The notes under the pieces are model-generated. The model did not search any database, was not told the DNA's origin, and worked only from the letters and a program-made list of their open reading frames with translations. The position numbers and the translations under genes are program-made. A DNA stretch of 45,532 nt from a virus (taxonomy: Duplodnaviria; Caudoviricetes), in IMG/VR virus record IMGVR_UViG_3300044455_000078, positions 1 through 45,532 of that record; one strand, 5' to 3'. Shown piece by piece: positions 9,046 to 18,398 of the stretch. How positions within the stretch are numbered: the first letter of the stretch is position 1; each line of letters begins with the position of its first letter.

Positions 9046-10335
9046 TTAGGGCTTATCAGTACCAACATTCTGAAGTAAGCCAAACTTCATTGGATGGTGA
9101 TATTCCAAACCACATTCTGTAAGCCATTCTTCTTTCGTACCATCCAAGCGTTCATGCGAGGGCGACACTTTCGTGGGGTCCATACTCATAAATGTAGTGT
9201 CATCAATGTAGCGGTATTTGAGCATACTCGGTTCGAGCACTATCATAACGTTACGTGTTGTTGGATCGTAACTAAATAACGGATGCGTCATCAAGTTCAC
9301 AGTCATAAACGGAGTAATCCACTGCGTAATTTTGAGTCCGTAGGAAGTACTCAGAGGTGTAAGGTTAATTTGACCCGTTGCTTTTGCTAAGCGTTGAATG
9401 CCGAGTAAAGCACCACTCCCACAAAACGCCATTCTATCCATACTACCAAACCGAGCAATTACTTCAAGTGCACTATCGAGCCAAAACTCACCACCTTCTA
9501 TCCATGGAGTACTCGCAGGAACACTTACATCAGTCGTGTAATTGAATACGTTACCTGGAGCACCTGTTTTTATCGCCTGCACTACTCCCATAGTAGTACG
9601 TTCCGGCTTACCATTTGTACCTACACCTTCCGTACGAATTCCCCAGAAGAATGCGTTCTCCATTTCAATAGAGTGTAATTCCAGAGATTCACGCTTTGCT
9701 TCTTTGTACGCATCTTCGGTACGCAGTGTTGTTTTACGCGCAGTACGAGTGATATCAAGTGGAGTGCGAAAGATTTGCGTATAGTTCATCCACTTAACTG
9801 GATCGTACGCAATAGCATCAGGAATTGGTGCACCTTCAGCATTGATGTTACCAATAATAAGTACAGCATTGCAACTTCCCAACGTAGTTGCTCCACCATT
9901 GTCGTCTGCTTCAAGCAGACGTACAGTAAGGTACGAACTGGCACCATTTTTGGTTACGGCAATAACTTTAGCATTCACATCTACGTTAAGGTTAGTGCTC
10001 ACACGCAATAACACTTGATGCCCAGCACGAAATTCACTCGCGGTTGCCAGTGAGAGATTTACATAGAGTGTTGCTCCAGCTGCAGCACCACTTACATATG
10101 GCGTCAGCAATGCAGCATCGGTGAATACGTCTGTAACAGTTCCGCCTTGAGTTGGCAGAACTTTAGTCCACCAATTGAATTCGGGGTCTGTTACTACCTC
10201 TTCACTCATTTTGCTAAGCAAGCCAGTTAATGGCGCACTTCCATTAGGATACAGATATAAGATACTTTGCCGCCAATTTTTAGGTCTTTCATCTGTAGCC
10301 CAATCCCCACTGCCTCGCATGCCTAAAAACGCCAT
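9046..10335 (-). CDS. Major capsid protein (DUF5309/SU10-like)
   Basis: ATG at 10335 after GGAGG. NYTQIFRT..DITRTA, E.EN AFFWG and ERTTMGV motifs plus C-terminal DGTKEEWLTECGLE; position after the scaffold. Confidence 0.85.
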   Translation of the reverse strand: MAFLGMRGSGDWATDERPKNWRQSILYLYPNGSAPLTGLLSKMSEEVVTDPEFNWWTKVLPTQGGTVTDVFTDAALLTPYVSGAAAGATLYVNLSLATASEFRAGHQVLLRVSTNLNVDVNAKVIAVTKNGASSYLTVRLLEADDNGGATTLGSCNAVLIIGNINAEGAPIPDAIAYDPVKWMNYTQIFRTPLDITRTARKTTLRTEDAYKEAKRESLELHSIEMENAFFWGIRTEGVGTNGKPERTTMGVVQAIKTGAPGNVFNYTTDVSVPASTPWIEGGEFWLDSALEVIARFGSMDRMAFCGSGALLGIQRLAKATGQINLTPLSTSYGLKITQWITPFMTVNLMTHPLFSYDPTTRNVMIVLEPSMLKYRYIDDTTFMSMDPTKVSPSHERLDGTKEEWLTECGLEYHHPMKFGLLQNVGTDKP

Positions 10336-10394
10336 AGCATTACCCTCCGTGTAGTTTGCTCTGAAGCCCAGCACTACTTCAGAAGGTTAATTAA

Positions 10395-10571
10395 TTACTC
10401 CGGTGGCTCCTCAGCAGGCACAATAATAAGTGTTTGTCCAACGCGTTCGTACTCCGTGCCATCACTAAGTGTGAATATGTGTCCTTCTTCAATGAGACGC
10501 TCTTCGGTCGAGGTGCCAATTAACTTTTCGAGACAGTGGCGATCATAACGACTTATATACAGCAATTCCAT
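10395..10571 (-). CDS. Small hypothetical protein (58 aa, not in the ORF track)
   Basis: MELLYISRYDRHCLEKLIG...EEPPE fills the scaffold-capsid gap; AAGGGG Shine-Dalgarno upstream. Confidence 0.6.
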   Translation of the reverse strand: MELLYISRYDRHCLEKLIGTSTEERLIEEGHIFTLSDGTEYERVGQTLIIVPAEEPPE

Positions 10572-10583
10572 TACGTGCCCCTT

Positions 10584-11303
10584 TCAGATATCAACCAACT
10601 CCATTATCTCTTTCTCAATACCAGTTAGTTCTGGCTCCAGGCTGACTTTGCGACCGCGTTGAGGTGCGAAACTTTTACTAGGAGTTGCCGGTGGCGAAAT
10701 CTTCTTAAGTTTCAGCGCGGTGCGAACTTTAGTTGCAGTTTGGCTAAACACCTCATAAGGTTTAAGTTCTGGATTCTCACGTGAGATTTCCTTAGCGTAT
10801 GCCGCGACGGTACGTCGTAATGGACGCAGATCTTCATTTTGCTCATAAAACTCCTTTACCATTTCGCTCATTGATAGTTGCTCACGCACGTAGCGTGAAA
10901 CTAACTCACTAACTGAACCGAGTACATTGTCTGAGGCACGACGCATTGACTCACTAACGCCGCGATTATAAACGGCTAAAAGAAGCCGGTTGAGATTCTC
11001 GCTGCTACTAAGTACTTCGTCTAAATCTAGTCCTTCTAGAAAGTCAGGATCAGACTGAGTTTCACGAGTAGATTCTTCAACTGGAATCTCTCGTTCAAGT
11101 TGCAGGCGTCGGCCAGTTTCTTCTTCAAGCCGTGCGAGTAATGCTGATTCATGAGAATCTGTCGATTCAGGTTCTTCTTGTGAAGACTCAAATTCAATAG
11201 GTTCAACTGGTTCCGCAGGAATGTGTTCACTTGTCTCCGCAGGAATCAATTCTGGTTCTGCAGCTGGACCAAAATCAAGTAAATCAAAGTTCTGTTCGGC
11301 CAT
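10584..11303 (-). CDS. Capsid scaffolding protein
   Basis: Acidic low-complexity N-terminus and helical body; located between portal and capsid; ATG at 11303 after AAGGAG. Confidence 0.7.
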   Translation of the reverse strand: MAEQNFDLLDFGPAAEPELIPAETSEHIPAEPVEPIEFESSQEEPESTDSHESALLARLEEETGRRLQLEREIPVEESTRETQSDPDFLEGLDLDEVLSSSENLNRLLLAVYNRGVSESMRRASDNVLGSVSELVSRYVREQLSMSEMVKEFYEQNEDLRPLRRTVAAYAKEISRENPELKPYEVFSQTATKVRTALKLKKISPPATPSKSFAPQRGRKVSLEPELTGIEKEIMELVDI

Positions 11304-11547
11304 CAGTGTTACTCCTTGACTCAAAAGTCTCTATTATTTGCTGTGGAAGTTGCAGGAAATAGCGGCATGCTTCACTTATTCCTTGGAAGCGTCGCATTTC
11401 AGCAAAGTCTTGTACAGCTTCTAACTGGTTACGTGCATCCTGAAGCCACGCATTAACTTCGTTTAAGATATCACGCCAAATGACTGAGTCAAGAAAGTCG
11501 TGATATTGTGAAAGAGTACCATAAATTTCTTGTTTAACTTCACTCAT
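11284..11547 (-). CDS. Small post-portal protein
   Basis: 87 aa; FLDSVIWRDI...RRFQG..EA...LQLP pattern typical of the small gene after podoviral portals. Confidence 0.65.
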   Translation of the reverse strand: MSEVKQEIYGTLSQYHDFLDSVIWRDILNEVNAWLQDARNQLEAVQDFAEMRRFQGISEACRYFLQLPQQIIETFESRSNTDGRTEL

Positions 11548-11551
11548 TTAT

Positions 11552-11793
11552 TAATACCTTTGCGTGATAGATCACGCGATTCCGCATCACGGCACGCAGT
11601 CCATTTAGGAGTTTTAGTTGCTGGAATAAGAAGGATGTACCAAATCCACTGACGAACCAAATACTCAAGCCAAGTGGCTGTGACCAAACCCTTCGGATTT
11701 GCTTGACATGGAAACAAAGTGCGGCACGTAAGCGGGTATGCCTGCAGTACCGGGAGCCATAGCTCGATCGGCGTACTCGTAGAAATCCCAGTG
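11552..11793 (-). ncRNA. Divergent structured element, copy D
   Basis: Follows the palindrome; TGTTTCCATGTCAAGCAAATC resembles copy B's TGTTTCCTTGGTTAGCAATC and TGGTCACAGC resembles TAGTCATAGC. Confidence 0.45.
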
Positions 11794-11818
11794 TGGTTAA
11801 ACTTTAACCATAGTAACA

Positions 11819-14800
11819 TTATCCCTGCTCCAATAAGCTAACCAATTCGCCATTTTGTACCTGATTCATTACCTCTTCATCAGGTCTAGCCATAACTTGT
11901 GCTGCTGGCTGTGAGCGCTCAAATGCGTCAACATTTTTGGCACCTAATGAAGTTGCTATGTATTTGAAGATATTAACCACATCGAAGTGCTGTGCAAGTT
12001 GTTCGTTTGTACCTATTATTTGAAAGAGCTGCGTCCAAACGTCACTGAAATTACCACCTGGTACACTGCCATCGCGCACGATTAAGTCATAGTCTACAAG
12101 GATGTCTAGTGGACTTACGCGGATACGATTGTCTTGTATATTAAACTGTCGTTGAACAGAATCAGGCCAATCTCCTACAGTTTTGACGTAAACGTCCTGA
12201 GACATGAATTGCTGTGCGTGGTGTGCGAACATATATCCAAGGTCTTGAAAGGCCTGAAGGCCGATTACTTTGGCAATTCGTTCAAGTCGATTCACTGCAC
12301 CTTGAGCAGTTCCTTGAAACTCGCGAGCTGAGAGCCTTTCGGGGCCGCCTTTGCGTAAGTTACCCATAACAGCGTTATCGGTGCCAGTCATTGTTTGCAT
12401 GTACTCAATAATGAAAGATACATCCTGTAAGTTCGTACGAGTAATGTCGGTGACAGCTAATTGTTTGACGGCGTTCTCGACGCCACGACCCCAGGCAGGC
12501 CTACGAAGTCGTACTAATCCTCCTGGCTCAGGATCGCGTAAGTCTTCAATGTTGAGTAAATACGGGTCTACCACTAATACGTCATTGATCGCCTTACGCA
12601 CGTTAGCAATATGTGATTGAGAACAGATATAAGCTTTTCCATCACGCCTAAACACTGAAAGGTGTGTTGAATTCTCGAAGCAATATACCTTTCCTATGTA
12701 GCGTACCTTATACGTACCACCAGTACCTCGTGACGGACGCTGTGTTATTGCGGAATCGGGACCGAGCGTGTTAATGTTTAGGTACCAGAATTGCTTACTG
12801 TATGCTGTTGTAGATTCGCGTATAGTACAGCTGTATCCTAGCTTCATACACATCTCTTGCAAATCATCAGCGAGCATCAAACTCTCAGTACCAATACGTA
12901 TTAAGTTAGGATTATTTGGAAAGATGTGTCCATCACCTGCGACAAAAGCATCAAAGAATAACTTTTGCGCAAAGCGTCCAGCATCCTTAATAAATTGAGG
13001 AATTCGTTTGTACTCACCTGTAGTTCCGCCTAAGTAACAATTATTTGCTAACCATGTATAGAATTTTTTGTTAGATATAACCCAACGCTCTGCTTTCTTA
13101 GGCTCATCTCTATACTCGGTAACGTGGAATGGCATAGAAGCTAATATAGAATCTATATTATCCCAGTTCTGATTTTTGGACTGTGTTATTGCAGCAATAT
13201 ATGTACCACTTGCTGAGCTGTGATGAATTCCACCGTCACTTAATAACCAACCTAAATAAGCAGCAAACGTGTTACCACTTATTGTAGTACCAGAATCAAG
13301 AGTTATATCTTGGATGCTTTCTTCATGCCAACTAGCTGTAGTGGGTATCTTGAACTCACTATGTCCAAGCCCATAATTCACGTAAATTGCTTCTACGAAT
13401 TGTCGTTCAGTTAGTTTACCATGACTTGTTCTGTATGCTCCGTACAACTTGTGATTAGGAGTTACTAATATATCATGGCGTGCTGATTTGAAGTATAGTA
13501 AATAGTCATCGTAATCATACTCAAACCATTGCTTCGGAATCTCGTAGCGTATCATACCGGTATCTGGATCAACTGTTGCAACTTCCGCGTTCTGTTTCAT
13601 TGCTTCTGAGATCAGCTGCCACCCATTGCTTGTCAATACTTCCGTATCATCCGAGAAGCAATTGAAGAGCCAATCTATAGTTGTTTGCATGCCACCTAGT
13701 ATTTCGAGTCTTGAGTATGCTAATGGAGAGTAGCCATCGAAATCAGGTGCGGCTATTACTACAGGGAACATGTCGTGGTCAAGATCAAGTGGATTTGCAC
13801 GCACAATAATTGAGTCATTTCCTACTGTAAAAAGCCACTTCTCTGGAATGTCACTGTCTCCAAGTTTCCATTGAGAAGGAATAAGTTTAGCGTATATATG
13901 CAGCTGATCTACAGGAAGTGATATGCTGCGATCAAAATTAGCGGTGTCACTGCGTAATGAATGAGTACGCGAAGTGCGTGAATTACTTCCAAGAATACCA
14001 CTAGCCCTATTAGGAGAGTGACGTAAATACCTAACATTAAACAGTGTAGGATCATCTTGCTCTTCTCCTAATAAGTCCATATAATTAGTGCGATCCAACC
14101 AAGCAACATATTCGCCCTTCTGGACATCGTGTATAGAATAGTTTGGGTCTGGTAAGTAATTATACGGATCTATGTTGGAAATAGCATTACCCTCGAAGAG
14201 TACATTATTGCTTGTGCCGCGGGCGAAACCAGTTTGAGTAAATTGTCCATCACCATCATAAAATCCGCGTTCTTGTCTAGTTTGTTTACGTCCTTTGCGT
14301 ACAAGCCAATAAGGTGAGCACACACCAAAGCCATAGGCGCACGCATCGCGGAATAACGTGTGCAAGTTTAGGCCTACTTTGTTGCGTAGGACTTGAAGCT
14401 GAATAACTTTCTCCATTAATATAGCACCAGCTACGTCCTCTGGTGCAGTGCCTTCATAACGGAACATTGGATCAGGTAGAAAAGCCGCTACGAGATAAGA
14501 GACAAGTGTTTCGAGGATTGCATAGGAGTACGGAAACACAATAGAAACTGGTTTGCGTGGGTCTTTATGCTTGATTAAGCGTTCTTTATCAGATAAGGAA
14601 ATATAAGCGGTTAGCGTTTTGTTTATCTCATCCCAAGCAGGACGGCGTGAGGATTGGACCTTTGCGGCTTCCCACGAGTAACGGAGCAAGCGAGAAAGTA
14701 AACGCTGGTGAAGTTCGCCACCTGGCTTGAGATTCAAATCATCGGGATAGTCGTACTTATAATCGTATCTCTCGGCATCGCCAAGATTTATTAGCGAATC

Positions 14801-14824
14801 TGGATTAGTGACCATGTAAGGCAT
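11819..14824 (-). CDS. Portal protein containing an intein (about 653 aa after splicing)
   Basis: Follows TerL; portal-like motifs (PYSYAILETLVSYL, NIDPYNYLPDP, SAREFQG); interrupted at residues 389-736 by an intein. Confidence 0.85.
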   Translation of the reverse strand: MPYMVTNPDSLINLGDAERYDYKYDYPDDLNLKPGGELHQRLLSRLLRYSWEAAKVQSSRRPAWDEINKTLTAYISLSDKERLIKHKDPRKPVSIVFPYSYAILETLVSYLVAAFLPDPMFRYEGTAPEDVAGAILMEKVIQLQVLRNKVGLNLHTLFRDACAYGFGVCSPYWLVRKGRKQTRQERGFYDGDGQFTQTGFARGTSNNVLFEGNAISNIDPYNYLPDPNYSIHDVQKGEYVAWLDRTNYMDLLGEEQDDPTLFNVRYLRHSPNRASGILGSNSRTSRTHSLRSDTANFDRSISLPVDQLHIYAKLIPSQWKLGDSDIPEKWLFTVGNDSIIVRANPLDLDHDMFPVVIAAPDFDGYSPLAYSRLEILGGMQTTIDWLFNCFSDDTEVLTSNGWQLISEAMKQNAEVATVDPDTGMIRYEIPKQWFEYDYDDYLLYFKSARHDILVTPNHKLYGAYRTSHGKLTERQFVEAIYVNYGLGHSEFKIPTTASWHEESIQDITLDSGTTISGNTFAAYLGWLLSDGGIHHSSASGTYIAAITQSKNQNWDNIDSILASMPFHVTEYRDEPKKAERWVISNKKFYTWLANNCYLGGTTGEYKRIPQFIKDAGRFAQKLFFDAFVAGDGHIFPNNPNLIRIGTESLMLADDLQEMCMKLGYSCTIRESTTAYSKQFWYLNINTLGPDSAITQRPSRGTGGTYKVRYIGKVYCFENSTHLSVFRRDGKAYICSQSHIANVRKAINDVLVVDPYLLNIEDLRDPEPGGLVRLRRPAWGRGVENAVKQLAVTDITRTNLQDVSFIIEYMQTMTGTDNAVMGNLRKGGPERLSAREFQGTAQGAVNRLERIAKVIGLQAFQDLGYMFAHHAQQFMSQDVYVKTVGDWPDSVQRQFNIQDNRIRVSPLDILVDYDLIVRDGSVPGGNFSDVWTQLFQIIGTNEQLAQHFDVVNIFKYIATSLGAKNVDAFERSQPAAQVMARPDEEVMNQVQNGELVSLLEQG
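12617..13660 (-). mobile_element. Intein (348 aa) with LAGLIDADG-type homing endonuclease
   Basis: Block A N/CFSDDTEVLTSNGW; block B LVTPNHK; LAGLIDADG-like AYLGWLLSDGG and FFDAFVAGDGH; block F YIGKVYCF; ends AYICSQ/S. Confidence 0.9.
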
Positions 14825-16350
14825 TAGACAATTCTCCAGTCACCAAGTGGTAATTCATACTCAAGTTCAGCATACTCATCCTCACTAGTAGATTCAGTTA
14901 CGGATTCAGGCACCTCAAAATAGCGACCACCAAGCTCAAGCAGTTCGATAATGTAGGCAGTGGCATCAGCAACATCAACTAGACCCGAGCGAGGAAAGGA
15001 AAGCAGTTGTGCTTCTAACTTTGCACAATTGTTCTTGTTATGATAAAGGTAACCCTGTCGGTAGTATGGAGAGAGTGAGCCAATACGCTTAATTTTACCC
15101 TTCTCACCATCAGGCGATCCGCCACGAGCTTTTAGCCATATCGGTTCAAATGAGTCACCTGGACCGCGCTTTAACATCTCGTTTAGTATTGGTTGCTTAA
15201 TGAATTCGTCGAGGCCAGTAACTTCAACTCCAACACGAAAAGCACGCAAGCGCCGACGCATAGCAAACATTTCATCGTACAATTCATTGGGGAAGAATTT
15301 GCCGCTAACGATATCACGTACGTAAATAGCATTAGTTGCATAATTTACTCCAATTCCTACGATGGCAGAATCAGCGGAATGCATATTAGCTGTTTTGGCC
15401 GGATCAACTATCACGAAGTTTTCTAGTTGCTGATCGGCTATGTCGATTTCTTCGTAGTATTTAAAGTGCTCCTGACGAAAGGAGGCGTCTTCTTTGGAGA
15501 TAGGTAAATTTCTGTACTCCATATAAAAGACATCAAGAATTCCTTTGGCTCGATGCGATTCAGCTTCACGCTTAAGTTCTTCTGAGCTGATTAGGTAAGG
15601 TGCGAGTGAATTGTAGTTATCATCACATAAGTCTAATCTAATTGAGTACCAATCTGGATCCTTTAGAAGTTCCTGCAGAAGTGAGTCGTAGTGTTTGAGT
15701 GTATCAATGTAGATGATCCTCCACTTGTCTGAGTACCGATCTACACACTTCATAAGATCTGAGTGAAACCATTCCTTAAGTTTGCGGCGGTTTTCTGGAT
15801 TCTCAAGCTCTTCCTTCTTCTCTAAGTCGTCAACAATGATAAGTTGTGGACGATAGTGTTTGTAAAGTAGTCCACGAACTTGCTGGCCTGCTCCTCGTGG
15901 CATGACAAGTGTTGAACCAAATGCTACCCATGACTGTTTGCTGAAGGACTCATCGAGTTCGGGATCATCTGAGTTAATTTGGACGTTTCCAAAGATTCTA
16001 CGGATCTCTCTATTCGTTTGAAGTTCTCGCTTAATATTTTCGGTTTGCATTGTAGCAATAGTTTCACTGTTACTGACGTAAGGTATAAACTCGTAGTTGC
16101 GGAAGAGAATGCCCTTTTCAACGAGTGCACGTACAAGTGAGGTCTTGCCTAAGCCACGTGGTGCAGCTATACAAACCTTCTGGTGTCCTGAATCTATTGC
16201 CTGAAGCATTTTTTTGTGCAGCTGCGACCATGGAGTATTGAATGCTTCTGGAAGGAGCGTTTTGCAAAATACTCCTGTGCTAGAGTAGCAAAGTGTGAGT
16301 ACATCAGTTAGGTCAGGAGTAAGTGTTGCTAAAGCCATAAGCAATTCCAT
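14824..16350 (-). CDS. terL: Terminase large subunit
   Basis: Walker A APRGLGKT, Walker B LIIVDDLE, RNase H-like IVDPA...DSAIV and C-terminal DVADA. Confidence 0.93.
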   Translation of the reverse strand: MELLMALATLTPDLTDVLTLCYSSTGVFCKTLLPEAFNTPWSQLHKKMLQAIDSGHQKVCIAAPRGLGKTSLVRALVEKGILFRNYEFIPYVSNSETIATMQTENIKRELQTNREIRRIFGNVQINSDDPELDESFSKQSWVAFGSTLVMPRGAGQQVRGLLYKHYRPQLIIVDDLEKKEELENPENRRKLKEWFHSDLMKCVDRYSDKWRIIYIDTLKHYDSLLQELLKDPDWYSIRLDLCDDNYNSLAPYLISSEELKREAESHRAKGILDVFYMEYRNLPISKEDASFRQEHFKYYEEIDIADQQLENFVIVDPAKTANMHSADSAIVGIGVNYATNAIYVRDIVSGKFFPNELYDEMFAMRRRLRAFRVGVEVTGLDEFIKQPILNEMLKRGPGDSFEPIWLKARGGSPDGEKGKIKRIGSLSPYYRQGYLYHNKNNCAKLEAQLLSFPRSGLVDVADATAYIIELLELGGRYFEVPESVTESTSEDEYAELEYELPLGDWRIV

Positions 16351-16378
16351 AAGTGTGGTTAAAGTTTAACCATAGTAA

Positions 16379-16885
16379 TTAGTCTTCCACTATCAGGCCG
16401 GCCTCACGTGCGCTGTCTATTGCACGCATTTTAATTAGTTCTATATCATCACGTGTTAAGTGAGTGTTAACAGAGGCTATCTTCTTAACCTCACCAAAAC
16501 CGGCTCTACCTAAGTGTACACTTGCATACTTGGCACGAATAGCAATTGGTGCCTCCACTTCTCCGCTAATGACATCCTCAAGTAATTTGAGCGCAAGCGG
16601 TGCAAACTCGTTAATCCTTGCACCAATATCAATCGCTTCGCTATCAAGAGTCTCGCGCAGTGAGTGCAATTTCGTTTTAGCAACGGGCGAGTTACGTAAA
16701 TTGCTGATAGTCTGAGCTGTAACACCATGAGCCTCTGCAATGTCAGCATTTGAATGACCTAGTGCTAGCATTCGCAGCATGCTGTGGTGATTTTCCCACA
16801 GTGATTTTACTTCGTAATTACGCTTCGGAACAAACCTTCGATCGTATAAGTACTTATTATCGGTTGAGTCGTCCATAACTTGCAC
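16379..16885 (-). CDS. Putative terminase small subunit (HTH)
   Basis: 168 aa directly upstream of terL; HTH GHSNADIAEAHGVTAQTISNL. Confidence 0.7.
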   Translation of the reverse strand: MQVMDDSTDNKYLYDRRFVPKRNYEVKSLWENHHSMLRMLALGHSNADIAEAHGVTAQTISNLRNSPVAKTKLHSLRETLDSEAIDIGARINEFAPLALKLLEDVISGEVEAPIAIRAKYASVHLGRAGFGEVKKIASVNTHLTRDDIELIKMRAIDSAREAGLIVED

Positions 16886-16920
16886 TCCTTAGTTTCAGAA
16901 GCTTTTTTAATCATACTGAA

Positions 16921-16949
16921 ATTATATCAGTTTTTAGGCCGTTTGTCAA
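16921..16949 (-). promoter_or_regulatory. Consensus sigma70/sigmaA promoter for the structural arm
   Basis: Minus strand TTGACA-17 bp-TATAAT with an extended -10 TG. Confidence 0.8.
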
Positions 16950-17064
16950 GCACGGATGAGTGATTAGCAGTAAAATTCCCTTAATTTATCTCGCAAATTC
17001 ATTTTCACAAAATTTTCACATTTGAAGTTGAGTTTGTATATACACTTAAAAATGAATTCTATTA

Positions 17065-17093
17065 TTGACAAACGAATTAGAGTGTGTTATAAT
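17065..17093 (+). promoter_or_regulatory. Consensus sigma70/sigmaA promoter (early arm)
   Basis: TTGACA-17 bp-TATAAT with TG extension. Confidence 0.8.
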
Positions 17094-17307
17094 ATTAGGT
17101 AGAAGGTGAGGATGGTTAAATGCTACCTTGAATAAAAGTTGCCGCAGTAGGGAAATTGCTCTCAGCAGCCGCGCAGGAATTTGTACCCCCAGTGCCAGGG
17201 GGCAGCTTGCACACGCATGCGTGCGAATGACAGGCGCATATGTGTGAGCGAAAGACACGAGTGTGCACGAATGTACTTCCTTTTGCCGCTCAAAGTTCAA
17301 ACTGCAT

Positions 17308-17403
17308 TTGACAACCGTGATTTTGTGTGCAACAATATAACTGTCAGCGGCAGTATGGCACTGGCGAATCGGAGTTGACAGATCACTGAATCTGTGCAAC
17401 AAT
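17308..17403 (+). promoter_or_regulatory. Two tandem variant promoters
   Basis: TTGACA-17 bp-AACAAT at 17308-17336 and 17375-17403; both spacers end in TGTGC. Confidence 0.55.
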
Positions 17404-17498
17404 TAGAGTGTGAGCAGCAAGGTGCTGCACACAAAGTTCTTTCAAATAGTATACTCGCTCATGCGAGTGCATAGAGCAAGTATGCAAGGAGCACTACA

Positions 17499-17837
17499 AT
17501 GGCAGAGTACCAAGCATCCGACCTGACAGTGAACATTGACTTTACAGCACATGTTGACGGTGACAAAACTAAGGAGCTTGTGAAGTACCAGGCAACAGTC
17601 CTGTTCTCCTCACTGGAAAAACTCCTTGAGGCAGGTGGCGAATCAGTTACCCGCAAACTGCAAACCAGAGCACGCAATGGCAAGTTTCCTGTAGGCCGGC
17701 GAGTTGTAGTAGATGAGGATGGTAAGTTTACCATTACGCCTGAGGAGCGTATTGCTCAAATGAATGAGGCCGAGGCACAGGCAGAGTACGAATTGCTCAA
17801 AGCTCGCTTTGAAGCAAACAAGGCCAAAAAAATATAA
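17499..17837 (+). CDS. Hypothetical early protein
   Basis: 112 aa, AAGGAG Shine-Dalgarno. Confidence 0.75.
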   Translation: MAEYQASDLTVNIDFTAHVDGDKTKELVKYQATVLFSSLEKLLEAGGESVTRKLQTRARNGKFPVGRRVVVDEDGKFTITPEERIAQMNEAEAQAEYELLKARFEANKAKKI

Positions 17838-17895
17838 GGTGAACAAGAAACTGGGCTAGGATGAGGACTAGCCCTCTCTGCGAGAGGAAAGTATA

Positions 17896-18084
17896 ATGAA
17901 TAACGATGAATTTTATACACTCCAAATATTACGGCCATTCTGTCGTGAATCTATTAAGGCATTAGACGACCTGTCGGAACACGGTATCAAAAATGCCGAT
18001 ATAGAAATGCTCCAATTAATTCGGGATAGATTGCACGAATTGCATATTGAGGTAGCAAAACTGCTCAAATCACGCAAGAAATAA
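17896..18084 (+). CDS. Hypothetical protein
   Basis: 62 aa, GAGGAAA Shine-Dalgarno. Confidence 0.6.
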   Translation: MNNDEFYTLQILRPFCRESIKALDDLSEHGIKNADIEMLQLIRDRLHELHIEVAKLLKSRKK

Positions 18085-18144
18085 ACTGAACGAAGATAAC
18101 TAAACTCTAATACGCCGGGATGAGCACCGGCTTAAGGAAACAGC

Positions 18145-18252
18145 ATGAAATACGACGAAATACCTTGGTGGCTATTGGCAATAGGCTTCTTTTCAGTCCA
18201 AATACTATACGAATTATTGCGGTGTTCAATTAGACCGTGGTCATGTAACTAG
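18145..18252 (+). CDS. Small membrane peptide (35 aa)
   Basis: MKYDEIPWWLLAIGFFSVQILYELLRCSIRPWSCN after TAAGGA. Confidence 0.5.
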   Translation: MKYDEIPWWLLAIGFFSVQILYELLRCSIRPWSCN

Positions 18253-18398
18253 ATAAATAGAGCTAATGTAGAAAAGTTCAACACCAAAGAGCGTGTGATG
18301 CGCTGGCTTTCTTTGCGTGCGTAAACAGTCCTATGGATAGAATTTAACCACAGTACAAAGGATTGAAGCATCTAATATATACGAGCATTCATATTAGT

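Noticed and set aside
11544-11819. 91-aa ORF MLLWLKFNH... (also 21298..21492 and 40576..40773)
   Set aside because: The recurring LWLKFNH-like peptide is just the translated palindrome; these regions are better explained as structured non-coding DNA or antisense frames.
17113-17129. Additional weak palindrome-like half sites (17113, 21224, 43461)
   Set aside because: Only one half matches or the spacing is off, so they were not counted.
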